Below are positions 24,086-32,945 of a stretch of 33,355 nucleotides of DNA, piece by piece. Source of the stretch: an uncultured Syntrophomonadaceae bacterium. GTDB lineage: Bacteria > Bacillota > Dethiobacteria > PWVN01. Each line of letters opens with the position of its first letter. Position 1 is the first letter of the stretch. Both the position numbers and the translations under genes were made by a program. The stretch lies in NCBI GenBank assembly GCA_964541505.1, contig CAZIRG010000002.1, positions 1-33,355 on the forward strand. The letters are read 5' to 3'. The notes under the pieces were generated by a model. The model was not told the DNA's origin and ran no database searches. It worked only from the letters and a program-made list of their open reading frames with translations.

Positions 24086-24839
24086 GGACCCTAACCCCCA
24101 GCTCTATTAAATAGTCTTTTACCTCTTTAATACTAAAAGTACCATAATGAAACACTGAAGCGGCCAAAGCGGCATCAGCCTCACCTACAGTAAGAGCTTC
24201 ATAGAAATGAGAAAGTTCTCCTGCTCCTCCGGAAGCAATAACAGGTATTTTAACTTGGCGAGCGATGGCAGCAGTTAGCTTTAAGTCATAACCATCTTTA
24301 CCCCCATCACAATCCATGCTGGTGAGTAAGATTTCTCCTGCCCCTAAGCGTTCTACTTCAGCTGCCCATTCTAACGCCTTCATCCCCGTTGCTTGGCGCC
24401 CCCCATGGGTGTAAACCTGCCAATCCTGTAAGTCCTCTTCCCAACAAGCATCAACAGCTACCACGATACATTGAGAACCAAACTCTGCGGCGCCTTCCTG
24501 AATAAGGACGGGACTTTTTACTGCAGCAGTGTTTAATGATATTTTATCCGCTCCAGCCTTGAGAATGTCTCTGATTTCTTCTAGGGAGTTAATCCCCCCC
24601 CCCACAGTAAAAGGAATAAAAACTTGTTTCGCTGTCCGCTGCACCAAATCAAGAATGGTTTTTCTCTTTTCATGCGAAGCAGTGATATCCAAAAATATCA
24701 ACTCATCAGCCCCAGTTTGATCATAGTGAGCAGCAAGTTCTACAGGATCTCCTGCATCTTGTAAATTAACAAATTTAGTTCCCTTTACTACTCTGCCTTT
24801 CTCAACATCAAGGCAAGGAATAATTCTCTTAGCGACCAT
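24075..24839 (-). CDS. hisF: Imidazole glycerol phosphate synthase, cyclase subunit
   Basis: [34 protein letters not shown]. Start ATG 24839 has better spacing to AAGGAG; ATG 24845 is the alternative. Confidence 0.95.
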   Translation of the reverse strand: MVAKRIIPCLDVEKGRVVKGTKFVNLQDAGDPVELAAHYDQTGADELIFLDITASHEKRKTILDLVQRTAKQVFIPFTVGGGINSLEEIRDILKAGADKISLNTAAVKSPVLIQEGAAEFGSQCIVVAVDACWEEDLQDWQVYTHGGRQATGMKALEWAAEVERLGAGEILLTSMDCDGGKDGYDLKLTAAIARQVKIPVIASGGAGELSHFYEALTVGEADAALAASVFHYGTFSIKEVKDYLIELGVRVRAT

Positions 24840-24903
24840 TTTCATTTCTCCTTTATTAGCTAATTATCATTACTACACTTACCAACAAATATTAGTTTAT
24901 AGT

Positions 24904-25623
24904 CTACAGCAGCACAGCTTGTGTCACAGTAAATTTTCCCATATATAAGGCCTGTCCGGTGATAACACCTGTTATACCGAGGGAGGAAATTTCTTTCAAT
25001 TTCAAAATATCTTCCAACGAAGAAATTCCTCCCGAGGCGATAATAGAGAGATTGGTTCCCTCAGCTATTCTTTTTAAAGCTTCCAAATTTGGCCCAACAA
25101 GTGTTCCATCTCTTAATATGTCTGTGTAAATAATTTCTTTGATACCCAAAGCCTCTACTTCACGAGCAAAATCCAAAGCTTCCCGATTGGATGATTCTAC
25201 CCAGCCCTGTACAGCAACCTTACCCTGACGAGCATCAATAGCAATTATTATTTTACTAGAGCCAAATTTTTCGATAAACTTAATAAGTAGATCAGTATCT
25301 TGTACAGCCACAGTACCTAGAATGACTTTGTCTACACCTAAAGAAAGTAAGACTTCCGCCGTAGCCAAATCTCTTATACCCCCTCCCACCTGCAGAGATA
25401 TATTTCCAAGTAATGCTATTTTTTCAATACTTTTCATATTTTGAGGAGAGCCGCAAAAAGCACCATCTAAATCTATAACATGCAGGCGAGTGGCTCCCTG
25501 GCTGACAAAATCTCTGGCCACAACAGAAGCATCAGCGTGATAGATTGTTTCTTTTTTTACATCTCCATGTACCAAGCGGACAACCCGACCCTTCCGTAGG
25601 TCAATAGCAGGAATTACTTGCAT
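24904..25623 (-). CDS. hisA: 1-(5-phosphoribosyl)-5-[(5-phosphoribosylamino)methylideneamino]imidazole-4-carboxamide isomerase
   Basis: MQVIPAIDL, LHVIDLDGA, QVGGGIR, IASGGISS. Confidence 0.93.
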   Translation of the reverse strand: MQVIPAIDLRKGRVVRLVHGDVKKETIYHADASVVARDFVSQGATRLHVIDLDGAFCGSPQNMKSIEKIALLGNISLQVGGGIRDLATAEVLLSLGVDKVILGTVAVQDTDLLIKFIEKFGSSKIIIAIDARQGKVAVQGWVESSNREALDFAREVEALGIKEIIYTDILRDGTLVGPNLEALKRIAEGTNLSIIASGGISSLEDILKLKEISSLGITGVITGQALYMGKFTVTQAVLL

Positions 25624-26249
25624 TTTTCTCTCACCAGCTTTCCAAAATTGTTTATTATTTTAAGACCCTCACAGCTGCTCTTCTCTGGATGAAACTGAAC
25701 CCCGTAACAGTTCCCTCTTCTTACCACGGCTGGAAACTCACTGCCATAATATGAAACAGCCACGATATCAGCATGATTTTTAACCTGAGCATAGTAAGAA
25801 TGTACAAAATAAAAAAAGGTATTATCTTTTATTCCCTTGAAAAGAGGTTCTTCCTTATTTAATAATTGTAACTGGTTCCAACCAATAAGAGGGATTTTTA
25901 AGTTTCCCTGAAAGCGAACCACCTTACCCTTAAAAAGCGATAAACCCTCTGCTTCGCCTGTCTCTTCACTGTTTTCAAAAAGAAGCTGCAAGCCTAAACA
26001 AATTCCCAAAAAAGGAGTTCCCAGCGATATTTTTTGACGTAATAAATGTATAAGATCTAATTCATGCAGGTTAACTATAGCTCGACCAAACGCTCCTACT
26101 CCCGGTAAAATCAAACCATGAGCTTTTTCTATTAATCTCTTCTCACTTGTTACACAGGTTTTATAACCTTGACAGACAAAAGCATGCTCAACACTCTTTA
26201 AGTTTCCCACACCATAATCTATTATTGTGATCTCTACCAAAATCATCAT
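25614..26249 (-). CDS. hisH: Imidazole glycerol phosphate synthase, glutaminase subunit
   Basis: IIDYGVGN, LPGVGAFG, GICLGLQLL (Cys nucleophile), QFHPEKS. Exact start ambiguous (ATG 26249 or 26246, or TTG 26240). Confidence 0.93.
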   Translation of the reverse strand: MMILVEITIIDYGVGNLKSVEHAFVCQGYKTCVTSEKRLIEKAHGLILPGVGAFGRAIVNLHELDLIHLLRQKISLGTPFLGICLGLQLLFENSEETGEAEGLSLFKGKVVRFQGNLKIPLIGWNQLQLLNKEEPLFKGIKDNTFFYFVHSYYAQVKNHADIVAVSYYGSEFPAVVRRGNCYGVQFHPEKSSCEGLKIINNFGKLVREKCK

Positions 26250-26335
26250 CCTCTCTTGCTGATATTATGTCAGACAAAAGTTTAGAAAGCAGCATACTTT
26301 ACCTTAGAAACGTCGTAACTATTTTTGCTAAAAAT

Positions 26336-26361
26336 AAAGACCGGTGTTTATGCCTGTCTTT
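26336..26361 (-). terminator. Candidate terminator after the LRR lipoprotein gene
   Basis: Minus strand: AAAGACAGG-cataaaca-CCGGTCTTT followed by ATTTTT. One A/C mismatch in a 9-bp stem. Lies 55 nt after the stop at 26417. Confidence 0.5.
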
Positions 26362-26416
26362 TTGGCTCCGGCAAATGAAATACCCGCAACCGCTTCCTTC
26401 ACCCTAAATAGAACAC

Positions 26417-27676
26417 CTATTTATGATAACCTCTGTATGGTAATCTCAGCAATAGTTCCGAGGCAAAAGGCCCAATCCCAACCGGGTTATCTTCCTCATC
26501 AAATTTAATTGAAAAGTGCCTTATCGCCCCTAAACCGACAGCAAAATTACGAACAGTGCTCCATCCATCATAGCTTCGATATAAAACTTCAATAGTTTTA
26601 AAAACTCCGGCAGGCACGGTAATTTCAACATCTATGCCCGTTATAATCGCTTCTACACCTTCTGCGGCTTCCCAGTTTGCTCCTACCTTTAAAGGAGTTT
26701 GTAGGAGTACTTCACTGGAGTCAAAGTTTTCTTCTGTGATAGCTTTTTCGATAGCTTCTTCAGTCGTTTCTTCTACTGCCAACAGCAGGGTAATCTCTTT
26801 CTCACTTACTGCAAATACCTTAGTAGTTTCTGCACCGGTACAACTTTTTCTGATTTGAACCTTGCCCTCTTCGATTTTCTCTACGCTTCTTATATATCCT
26901 GAACTCTCAAAACCCCCACTGAATATCAAGGTTAATGGCTCTGATATAAAATAATCGCTTGCTGCCGGCACTGTTTCTATTTTTTCCTGTTCGTTTTCAG
27001 CTGGTAAGAGATTAATTTTATTTATGCGTTCTAACAAGAGCGCAACCTCTCCATCTTTAATTTGAGTAGCCGGATTGTTTACCAGCCAAACTTCGTCTGG
27101 ATGATTTAATCCAATATTGGCGTACAACGGAGTAAAATCACTAATTTGATTCCAACCAAGATGGAGATAGTCAAGATTGATTAATCTTGAAAGTGGTGTA
27201 ATATCAGTGATTGCATTGCCGAAAAGAACCAATTCAACCAAATTGCTAAGATTCCCCAGTGGATAAATATCAGTTATCTGATTCATGCGCAGATCTAAAG
27301 TAATTAAATTGATTGCGTATTCTAACCCGGTTAGATCTGTAATATTGAATCTTTCAGCAGCATTTAAGTGAATCAATTTTTCCAGATCAGCGACAGTTAT
27401 CTCCCCAGAGGGTTTATCAAGAGCTTCACGTACAGCTAACTCTAAACCAGCATCCGGTATGAGAATACCATCAGGAACATCTTCAGCATTGTTGGCTGTC
27501 TCTGGTTTTATAGTTTCTGTTATAGCAGGCTCTTCTGCTGCTAAGTTTTTTATCGCCGTTTCTTTCGTAGCAGACTCATCCGCAACAGGAGAAGAACAAC
27601 CTGTGATTAATATAGAAAGTAAAGTAACAACAGATACTACAAAAACCCCTAATCTTAGAAAATGTTTTTTAAACAT
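26417..27676 (-). CDS. Leucine-rich-repeat lipoprotein with a C-terminal domain of unknown family
   Basis: ATG 27676 with AAGGAG 9 nt upstream. Signal peptide with lipobox LITGC. 22-residue LRRs (LTGLEYAINLITLDLRMNQITDIYPLGNLSNLVELVLFGNAITDITPLSRLINLDYLHLGWNQISDFTPL). Confidence 0.75.
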   Translation of the reverse strand: MFKKHFLRLGVFVVSVVTLLSILITGCSSPVADESATKETAIKNLAAEEPAITETIKPETANNAEDVPDGILIPDAGLELAVREALDKPSGEITVADLEKLIHLNAAERFNITDLTGLEYAINLITLDLRMNQITDIYPLGNLSNLVELVLFGNAITDITPLSRLINLDYLHLGWNQISDFTPLYANIGLNHPDEVWLVNNPATQIKDGEVALLLERINKINLLPAENEQEKIETVPAASDYFISEPLTLIFSGGFESSGYIRSVEKIEEGKVQIRKSCTGAETTKVFAVSEKEITLLLAVEETTEEAIEKAITEENFDSSEVLLQTPLKVGANWEAAEGVEAIITGIDVEITVPAGVFKTIEVLYRSYDGWSTVRNFAVGLGAIRHFSIKFDEEDNPVGIGPFASELLLRLPYRGYHK

Positions 27677-27777
27677 AACTTTTGTCTCCTTATTACTTTT
27701 ATTAAGTAATTGTTTCTCTCTCTCAACTACTTTCACTTTTTAACCTAAAAACAAAATCTACCTATCATACTCCCATA

Positions 27778-27806
27778 ATATTATAGTTTTCTCTGCTTGC
27801 TGTCAA
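27778..27806 (-). promoter_or_regulatory. SigA-type promoter for the LRR lipoprotein gene
   Basis: Minus strand: TTGACA (27806-27801), 17-nt spacer, TAATAT (27783-27778), overlapping a TATAAT at 15-nt spacing. Confidence 0.55.
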
Positions 27807-27884
27807 CTTGTAAAATTTACCCAAAAAAACCTTACTTTAATAGAATACTATGGCTATTGGATTGTCATACTTCTTCAAACATAC

Positions 27885-28478
27885 CTAGTCCAAAACTTCT
27901 TTGGTAGAGGGAATGCCTTTAACCCGAGGATGCACGGCGCAGGCTTCCGACAGTGCCCTTCCTAAACCTTTAAAAAGAGCTTCTGCCAGGTGGTGATTGT
28001 TGTGACCGGCTAGCTTCTTTACATGTAGGTTAAATCTGCCACTACTGCTCAAGGCACTCAAGAACTCAGCTACCAACTCTGTATCAAAGGAGCCTATTTT
28101 TTCAACTGTCAAAGGAAAATCTAAAGCTAACCAAGGCCGTCCCGATAAATCTACTGCGACTAAAACGAGAGCGTCATCCATTGGCAAAAGCACAGAACCG
28201 TAACGAGCTATCCCTTCTTTTTCTCCTAAAGCTTGTCGAAAGGCTTCCCCTAGGCAAAGCCCCAAATCCTCTACAGTATGATGCCCATCTACTTCCAGAT
28301 CTCCTTTAGCCTTAATAGTTAAATCAAAAAAACCATGGCAAGTAAACAATGTTAGCATATGTTCCAAAAAAGGAATACCTATTTCAGTCGTTGCTTTTCC
28401 TTCTCCATCTAAAACAAGGTTCAGCTCAATTGCCGTTTCTTTTGTTTTTCTACTAATTAAAGATTCTCTTTTTGGCAT
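27885..28478 (-). CDS. hisB: Imidazoleglycerol-phosphate dehydratase
   Basis: RKTKETAIEL, FLEHML, DGHHTVEDLG, GHNNHHLAEALFK. Confidence 0.95.
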   Translation of the reverse strand: MPKRESLISRKTKETAIELNLVLDGEGKATTEIGIPFLEHMLTLFTCHGFFDLTIKAKGDLEVDGHHTVEDLGLCLGEAFRQALGEKEGIARYGSVLLPMDDALVLVAVDLSGRPWLALDFPLTVEKIGSFDTELVAEFLSALSSSGRFNLHVKKLAGHNNHHLAEALFKGLGRALSEACAVHPRVKGIPSTKEVLD

Positions 28479-28505
28479 TATTTTCCTCCCCTGTCTAAAA
28501 ACAGT

Positions 28506-29141
28506 TCAACTCTTAATTTTCTCGTTGACTACCTTTCCCAAAATATCCATCACTTTCTGTACTTGGACTGATTTTAGCTGATAGCTACTCTGGTTAGCTA
28601 CTAAGCGACTGGTAATCGCAACTATCTCTTCTACTTCGACCAGACCATTTTCTTGTAGGGTTTTTCCTGTTGATACCAAGTCCACTATGGCATCAGCAAG
28701 ATTAAGAAGAGGTGCTAGTTCCACAGAGCCATGTAGTTTAATAACTTCTACCTGTTTTCCTTGTTCTTGAAAAAAATTTTCTGTAATGGAGGGATACTTA
28801 GTAGCTACAAAAGAAATAGCTTTTCCTACATCTTGCTGATAGCGAGCAACTACCAAACGACAAAAACCTATTTTCAAGTCCAACAACTCATACAACTCTT
28901 TGCTTTGCTCTAAGAGAACATCTTTACCCACTATTCCTAAATCTGTCACGCCATACTCCACATAAGTAGGAACATCTGTGGGTTTAGCCATAATATAATT
29001 AATCCCGGCTTCTTTATCTTCAAGAATCAATTTTCGTTTTCCTTCTTTTATTACCTGCGTATTAAGTCCTGCTTTTCCCAAAAGCTCCATAGTAGGAAAA
29101 AGAATACGTCCTTTTGCCAAGGCTATAGTTAGTACCGACAT
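28506..29141 (-). CDS. hisG: ATP phosphoribosyltransferase, short (HisZ-dependent) form
   Basis: About 211 aa. LTIALAKGR, DVPTYVEYG, DLVSTGKTLQENGL. ATG 29141 with GAGGAGG 9 nt upstream. Confidence 0.93.
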   Translation of the reverse strand: MSVLTIALAKGRILFPTMELLGKAGLNTQVIKEGKRKLILEDKEAGINYIMAKPTDVPTYVEYGVTDLGIVGKDVLLEQSKELYELLDLKIGFCRLVVARYQQDVGKAISFVATKYPSITENFFQEQGKQVEVIKLHGSVELAPLLNLADAIVDLVSTGKTLQENGLVEVEEIVAITSRLVANQSSYQLKSVQVQKVMDILGKVVNEKIKS

Positions 29142-29184
29142 CGATTTTTTCCTCCTCACTCTGCTGGTATCTGGTTTATGCCTG

Positions 29185-30384
29185 TTAAATAATTTCAGTT
29201 ACTTGCCTGTTTTCTTCTACGTAGACAAGTTTTTTTGCTTGATGTATTCTAGCGTAATTTCTGGCTTCTTCTAAGCTCATGGCTTTAAACGTCATTTCTA
29301 TGTGGCTGGCATTTTTGCGCAAATGAATTGCTAGGCGATGAGCTTCGATTAATCCCCCCGCAGCAAAAGCTATCAGAGTTTTAGACGCTGCACCTTCCTG
29401 CTCGGTGCGAGAAAGAAGGAGCAGGATATTATCTATATTCAGGGCAAAACCTACTGCCGGCAAGCTACAACCAAAAAAGTCTAAGAGACGGTCATAGCGC
29501 CCCCCACCACAAACAGAAGAACCGAGGTTGTTGGTATATCCCTCAAAAATAACCCCGGTATAATAATTCATACCTCTTACCAAACCCAGATCCACCATCA
29601 CCCGGTCAGAGACCCCTAGATACTCTAACAAATGTAAAATTTCCGTCATTTTCTGAAGACAAGAAAAATCTTTTGAAAAAAACTGTCTTGCCTCTTCTAG
29701 TACTTCCTTACCACCTTTAAGAGTTGGAATAGCCAAAATCTCTTGCTTAGCTTGCTGATTCAAACTGCTGCTGTCTACATGTTTTTCCAATGCAACAAAA
29801 TCCTTTTGGTTAAAAATCTTTTTTATATTTTCTTGTTCGTTTACCTCTATATCTAACTGTCTTAAATAAGTATTTAAAAATTCCAGATTGCCCAAGCATA
29901 TTTTAACTTCTTTTATACCTAGGGTTTCCAGTGAATAGATCGCCAGGGCTATAATTTCAGAATCAGCTCCGGAAGCAGATTCTCCTAAAAGTTCCGTGCC
30001 AGCCTGAAAAAATTCTCTTTGCCGTCCAGTTTTAGAAGATATATAGCGAAAAACATTTCCCAGATAAAAAAGACGTAAAGGTAAAGGTTCTTGCTGCATA
30101 TGGGTAGCAACTATACGTGCCAACGGTAAGGTCAAATCAGGCCGTAAAACAAGGGTACGTCCTCTACCATCTGGAAAACAATGCAACTCCTCTTCAAAAT
30201 TTGACTTCATACCGGCTGTAAATATATCGCTAAATTCCACCGTAGGAGGAACAACTTCTTTATATCCCCAAGCAGAAAATTGGTTGCTTAAAATTTCTTC
30301 ACAGCGACGTTTCAAAGCTGCCTTTTCAGGCAAAAGATCTTTTACTCCCTCTGGTTTTTTTAAAAAACGTGTTGCTGTATTCAT
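29185..30384 (-). CDS. hisZ: ATP phosphoribosyltransferase regulatory subunit (HisRS paralogue)
   Basis: PEGVKDLLP, LRPDLTLP, CGGGRYD. Class-II aaRS-like core without an anticodon-binding domain, located directly upstream of short-form hisG. Confidence 0.9.
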   Translation of the reverse strand: MNTATRFLKKPEGVKDLLPEKAALKRRCEEILSNQFSAWGYKEVVPPTVEFSDIFTAGMKSNFEEELHCFPDGRGRTLVLRPDLTLPLARIVATHMQQEPLPLRLFYLGNVFRYISSKTGRQREFFQAGTELLGESASGADSEIIALAIYSLETLGIKEVKICLGNLEFLNTYLRQLDIEVNEQENIKKIFNQKDFVALEKHVDSSSLNQQAKQEILAIPTLKGGKEVLEEARQFFSKDFSCLQKMTEILHLLEYLGVSDRVMVDLGLVRGMNYYTGVIFEGYTNNLGSSVCGGGRYDRLLDFFGCSLPAVGFALNIDNILLLLSRTEQEGAASKTLIAFAAGGLIEAHRLAIHLRKNASHIEMTFKAMSLEEARNYARIHQAKKLVYVEENRQVTEII

Positions 30385-30446
30385 AAAACGTAGCCAAGTG
30401 ACCCCGAAACAAGGTTGCAGGGAAAAATGGCTACCTCACCTCCTTC
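30385..30446 (-). promoter_or_regulatory. hisZ leader: strong orphan SD, structured hairpin and a possible AUU-initiated uORF
   Basis: GAAGGAGGTGA at 30446-30436. Stem GTAGCCA (30434-30428) / TGGCTAC (30396-30390) with an inner CCCTG/CGGGG stem. GTTTT then ATG at 30384. Confidence 0.5.
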
Positions 30447-30529
30447 AATATAAAGGATAAGAAACTAATCCGTCTCCTCGTATCTTTGCTAAAACTTTAA
30501 TGCGTTAAAGTATTAAAGTACATGGCAAC

Positions 30530-30558
30530 ATCCTAGCATAAATCTAATCGCTGGTCAA
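30530..30558 (-). promoter_or_regulatory. SigA-type promoter of the his cluster
   Basis: Minus strand: TTGACC (30558-30553), 17-nt spacer, TAGGAT (30535-30530). Confidence 0.55.
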
Positions 30559-30569
30559 TACCTGAAAAA

Positions 30570-31274
30570 TTATTTATTTCCCAAAGTTAATAAATCTCTC
30601 ACTGCTATTTTCGACTCAGAGATAAGACCTTCGCCATATTTTGCACCAACTATTGCTCCAAAAAATTGATCACGCCCGCGTACGTAGCCTATCAAACGTT
30701 GCAGAGTCATAGCGGTCTTTACTTTCTTATCCTTGGAAAAAGAAAACTGGCTCTTATGACAGGCAATAGCCTGCCATTTTTTTTTCGCAGAACTGCTTAT
30801 ATCCACTACCAAAGAAGGCTCTTTCGTCTGCCCTAAAAAATAATAGAAAATTTGCTGTGGCCGATGGGGCTTTCCACTAACAGGAAACTTTTTTAATCCT
30901 GCTAGATAAGACGCTTCTTGTACCAATAAAGAGGCATATTTATGATCTGGATGATAATCTCTGTAAAAAGGCGCCAGAACTATTTTAGGTCTGTATTTTC
31001 GCATAACTCTTATAACTTTATTTATAGCTTTCTGATCAGGTCTGAGATAAGCATCAGGCAACGCAGTATTTTCTCGCACTTCTACTCCCAACACATGGGC
31101 ACCTGCTAAACTCTCCCGTGCTCTTATTTCCACTGTTCCGGTACTGGCCATTTCTCCACGCGTAAGGTCTATGATACCACAGTGATATCCTCTATCAACA
31201 TGCAAAGCCAGTGTCCCACCAATTCCTATTTCCACATCATCAGGATGAGCCCCAAAAGCAAGAATATCTAGCAT
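30570..31274 (-). CDS. bshB1: N-acetyl-alpha-D-glucosaminyl L-malate deacetylase (LmbE/PIG-L family)
   Basis: LDILAFGAHPDDVEIGIGGT and HPDH motifs, collinear with my recollection of B. subtilis BshB1, and directly downstream of bshC. ATG 31274 with AAGGAG upstream. Confidence 0.8.
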   Translation of the reverse strand: MLDILAFGAHPDDVEIGIGGTLALHVDRGYHCGIIDLTRGEMASTGTVEIRARESLAGAHVLGVEVRENTALPDAYLRPDQKAINKVIRVMRKYRPKIVLAPFYRDYHPDHKYASLLVQEASYLAGLKKFPVSGKPHRPQQIFYYFLGQTKEPSLVVDISSSAKKKWQAIACHKSQFSFSKDKKVKTAMTLQRLIGYVRGRDQFFGAIVGAKYGEGLISESKIAVRDLLTLGNK

Positions 31275-31310
31275 AGGCTTAACTCTCCTTTTTCCTTCAC
31301 TTTTCAATCA

Positions 31311-32933
31311 CTAAATATTATAAATATGATGAGCTTCTCCCATCGGAAAATTTTGTAAAAGTTTTACCCGAAAATCAGGACCGTATTTAATTAAATAAAA
31401 AAAGATATTATATACCTGTTCTTGCAAATATCCGCCGGGCAAACAAGCTTCCTCTATATGATAAAAGTGATGGTATGCTAAACGGTTTTTTTTTCTTAAA
31501 GCCTGTTCTCCTTTATGCTTTAAATAATTTATTTCCTTTAGAACCCTCTCTAAATTAGTTTCTGTCAAAGCTGCTAATTTATCATCAATAAAACTCAAAC
31601 TGCTTTGCAAAGTCTGGTATTCTTTGGAAACTTTGCTTTTCAAAGAAAGAAAAAGCTGTTCTATTTCCACACCACTCTTTTTTGCTAGGTATTTTTGCAA
31701 AGCTTCCCGGGATTGAAAAAGATCCGTCGTGTCAAGAGAATATTTGTCAATATAGCTAGCTAAACGTGGCTCTATAAGAGTAATAGATGGTCGAGGGTAT
31801 AAAAGCGGTGGTTTTAAATCGAAAAAAGGGAAAAGAGATTCCATCTGGGCAAAATAGGCAAATTCTCCCGGTCCGGCTACATAAAAAAGTACTGGCAAGA
31901 AAACCTCCTGCAGCAAAGGACGAGTTAAAACACCAGGACTATAATTATCAGGGGTTTTTAGTATTTTCTCCCTCACTTCTACAATTGTACCAATTCTCTC
32001 CCCCCGCCGAGTTATTACATGGGAATTCTGGCTAAAAAGAGCAGCTCGCCCATCCTCCAAATGAGCGAAAAGGCTTAATTGGTTATTCTCTCTATTTACT
32101 TGTAAAGGATACCCTCTATTTACAAGACTTTTTTCTCTATCATCTAATATTTTGTTTGCTGCCAACCCATTAGTACATAAAGAAGCCAAAAAAAGAGCTG
32201 CCAAAGATCTCATCCGAGGTAAAAAAGGATTAAAAAGAATTAAGCCGTTACCCTCAAATAACCAAGCCATCAGACGCCCAAACCACTCTGTGTAGGTGCT
32301 ACTTTCCTCTATTCCACATGTAATAACTCGTATAATTTCTTCTCTAAATTCTGTAACGGGAGTAAAATCAATCATTTTTTTTACCATCTCGAAAGCAGCT
32401 TGTTTATCCAAAGAAATATGCTCTAGCGGTCTTCCCTCATCTTGGCTCTGCAATTCCAGTTTATGGCGTTTATTGTCTTGTCCTAAAATTGTTAAATGAT
32501 TTATCTCTTGAAAATCATGATCTTCCGCTGCAATCCAAAAAACAGGGACAGCAACTATCCCCTTCTCTTGGGATAATTTACGTGCCAGTTTTACTGCTGC
32601 CATAGCTTTATAAAGTGTATATAAGGGGCCCGTAAGGATGCCAGCCTGCTGCCCGGTAACCACAGCCACAGTCTCAGATCGCTTCAAAGTCTCAATGTTT
32701 TTCAGGGTCTCTTCTGACACCCCAAGAGATTGATTATATGCGTATAAATCCTCCACCAGAAGGGTTCTCTTATGTACATCAAAGTTTTCATAGAGCCAGT
32801 TTTTTTTGATATAGCAATCCGTCTGGCTTTTATAATGAAAAGAAAAAAACTCTTTTGTTTTTTCATTTTCAGACAAATAATCCAAATAGATGGCAGGATA
32901 AAAAATCTTTTTTTGCTCTTCGTTCAATATCAC
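31311..32933 (-). CDS. bshC: Bacillithiol biosynthesis cysteine-adding enzyme
   Basis: 540 aa. VVTGQQAGILTGPLYT, FWIAAEDHD, LTRPLLQE...AGPGEFAYF and a C-terminal YLIKYGP motif typical of BshC (YllA). Start GTG 32933 or TTG 32927. Confidence 0.85.
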   Translation of the reverse strand: MILNEEQKKIFYPAIYLDYLSENEKTKEFFSFHYKSQTDCYIKKNWLYENFDVHKRTLLVEDLYAYNQSLGVSEETLKNIETLKRSETVAVVTGQQAGILTGPLYTLYKAMAAVKLARKLSQEKGIVAVPVFWIAAEDHDFQEINHLTILGQDNKRHKLELQSQDEGRPLEHISLDKQAAFEMVKKMIDFTPVTEFREEIIRVITCGIEESSTYTEWFGRLMAWLFEGNGLILFNPFLPRMRSLAALFLASLCTNGLAANKILDDREKSLVNRGYPLQVNRENNQLSLFAHLEDGRAALFSQNSHVITRRGERIGTIVEVREKILKTPDNYSPGVLTRPLLQEVFLPVLFYVAGPGEFAYFAQMESLFPFFDLKPPLLYPRPSITLIEPRLASYIDKYSLDTTDLFQSREALQKYLAKKSGVEIEQLFLSLKSKVSKEYQTLQSSLSFIDDKLAALTETNLERVLKEINYLKHKGEQALRKKNRLAYHHFYHIEEACLPGGYLQEQVYNIFFYLIKYGPDFRVKLLQNFPMGEAHHIYNI

Positions 32934-32945
32934 AACACCTCTTTT

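Noticed and set aside
30497-30523. 8-codon uORF MYFNTLTH* ending in a single His codon and overlapping an AT-rich hairpin (ACTTTAAT/ATTAAAGT followed by TTTT); considered as a histidine attenuator
   Set aside because: It has only one His codon and no SD. Its ATG coincides with the predicted transcription start, and the hairpin is almost purely A-T. This is too weak to call and is kept only as a note.
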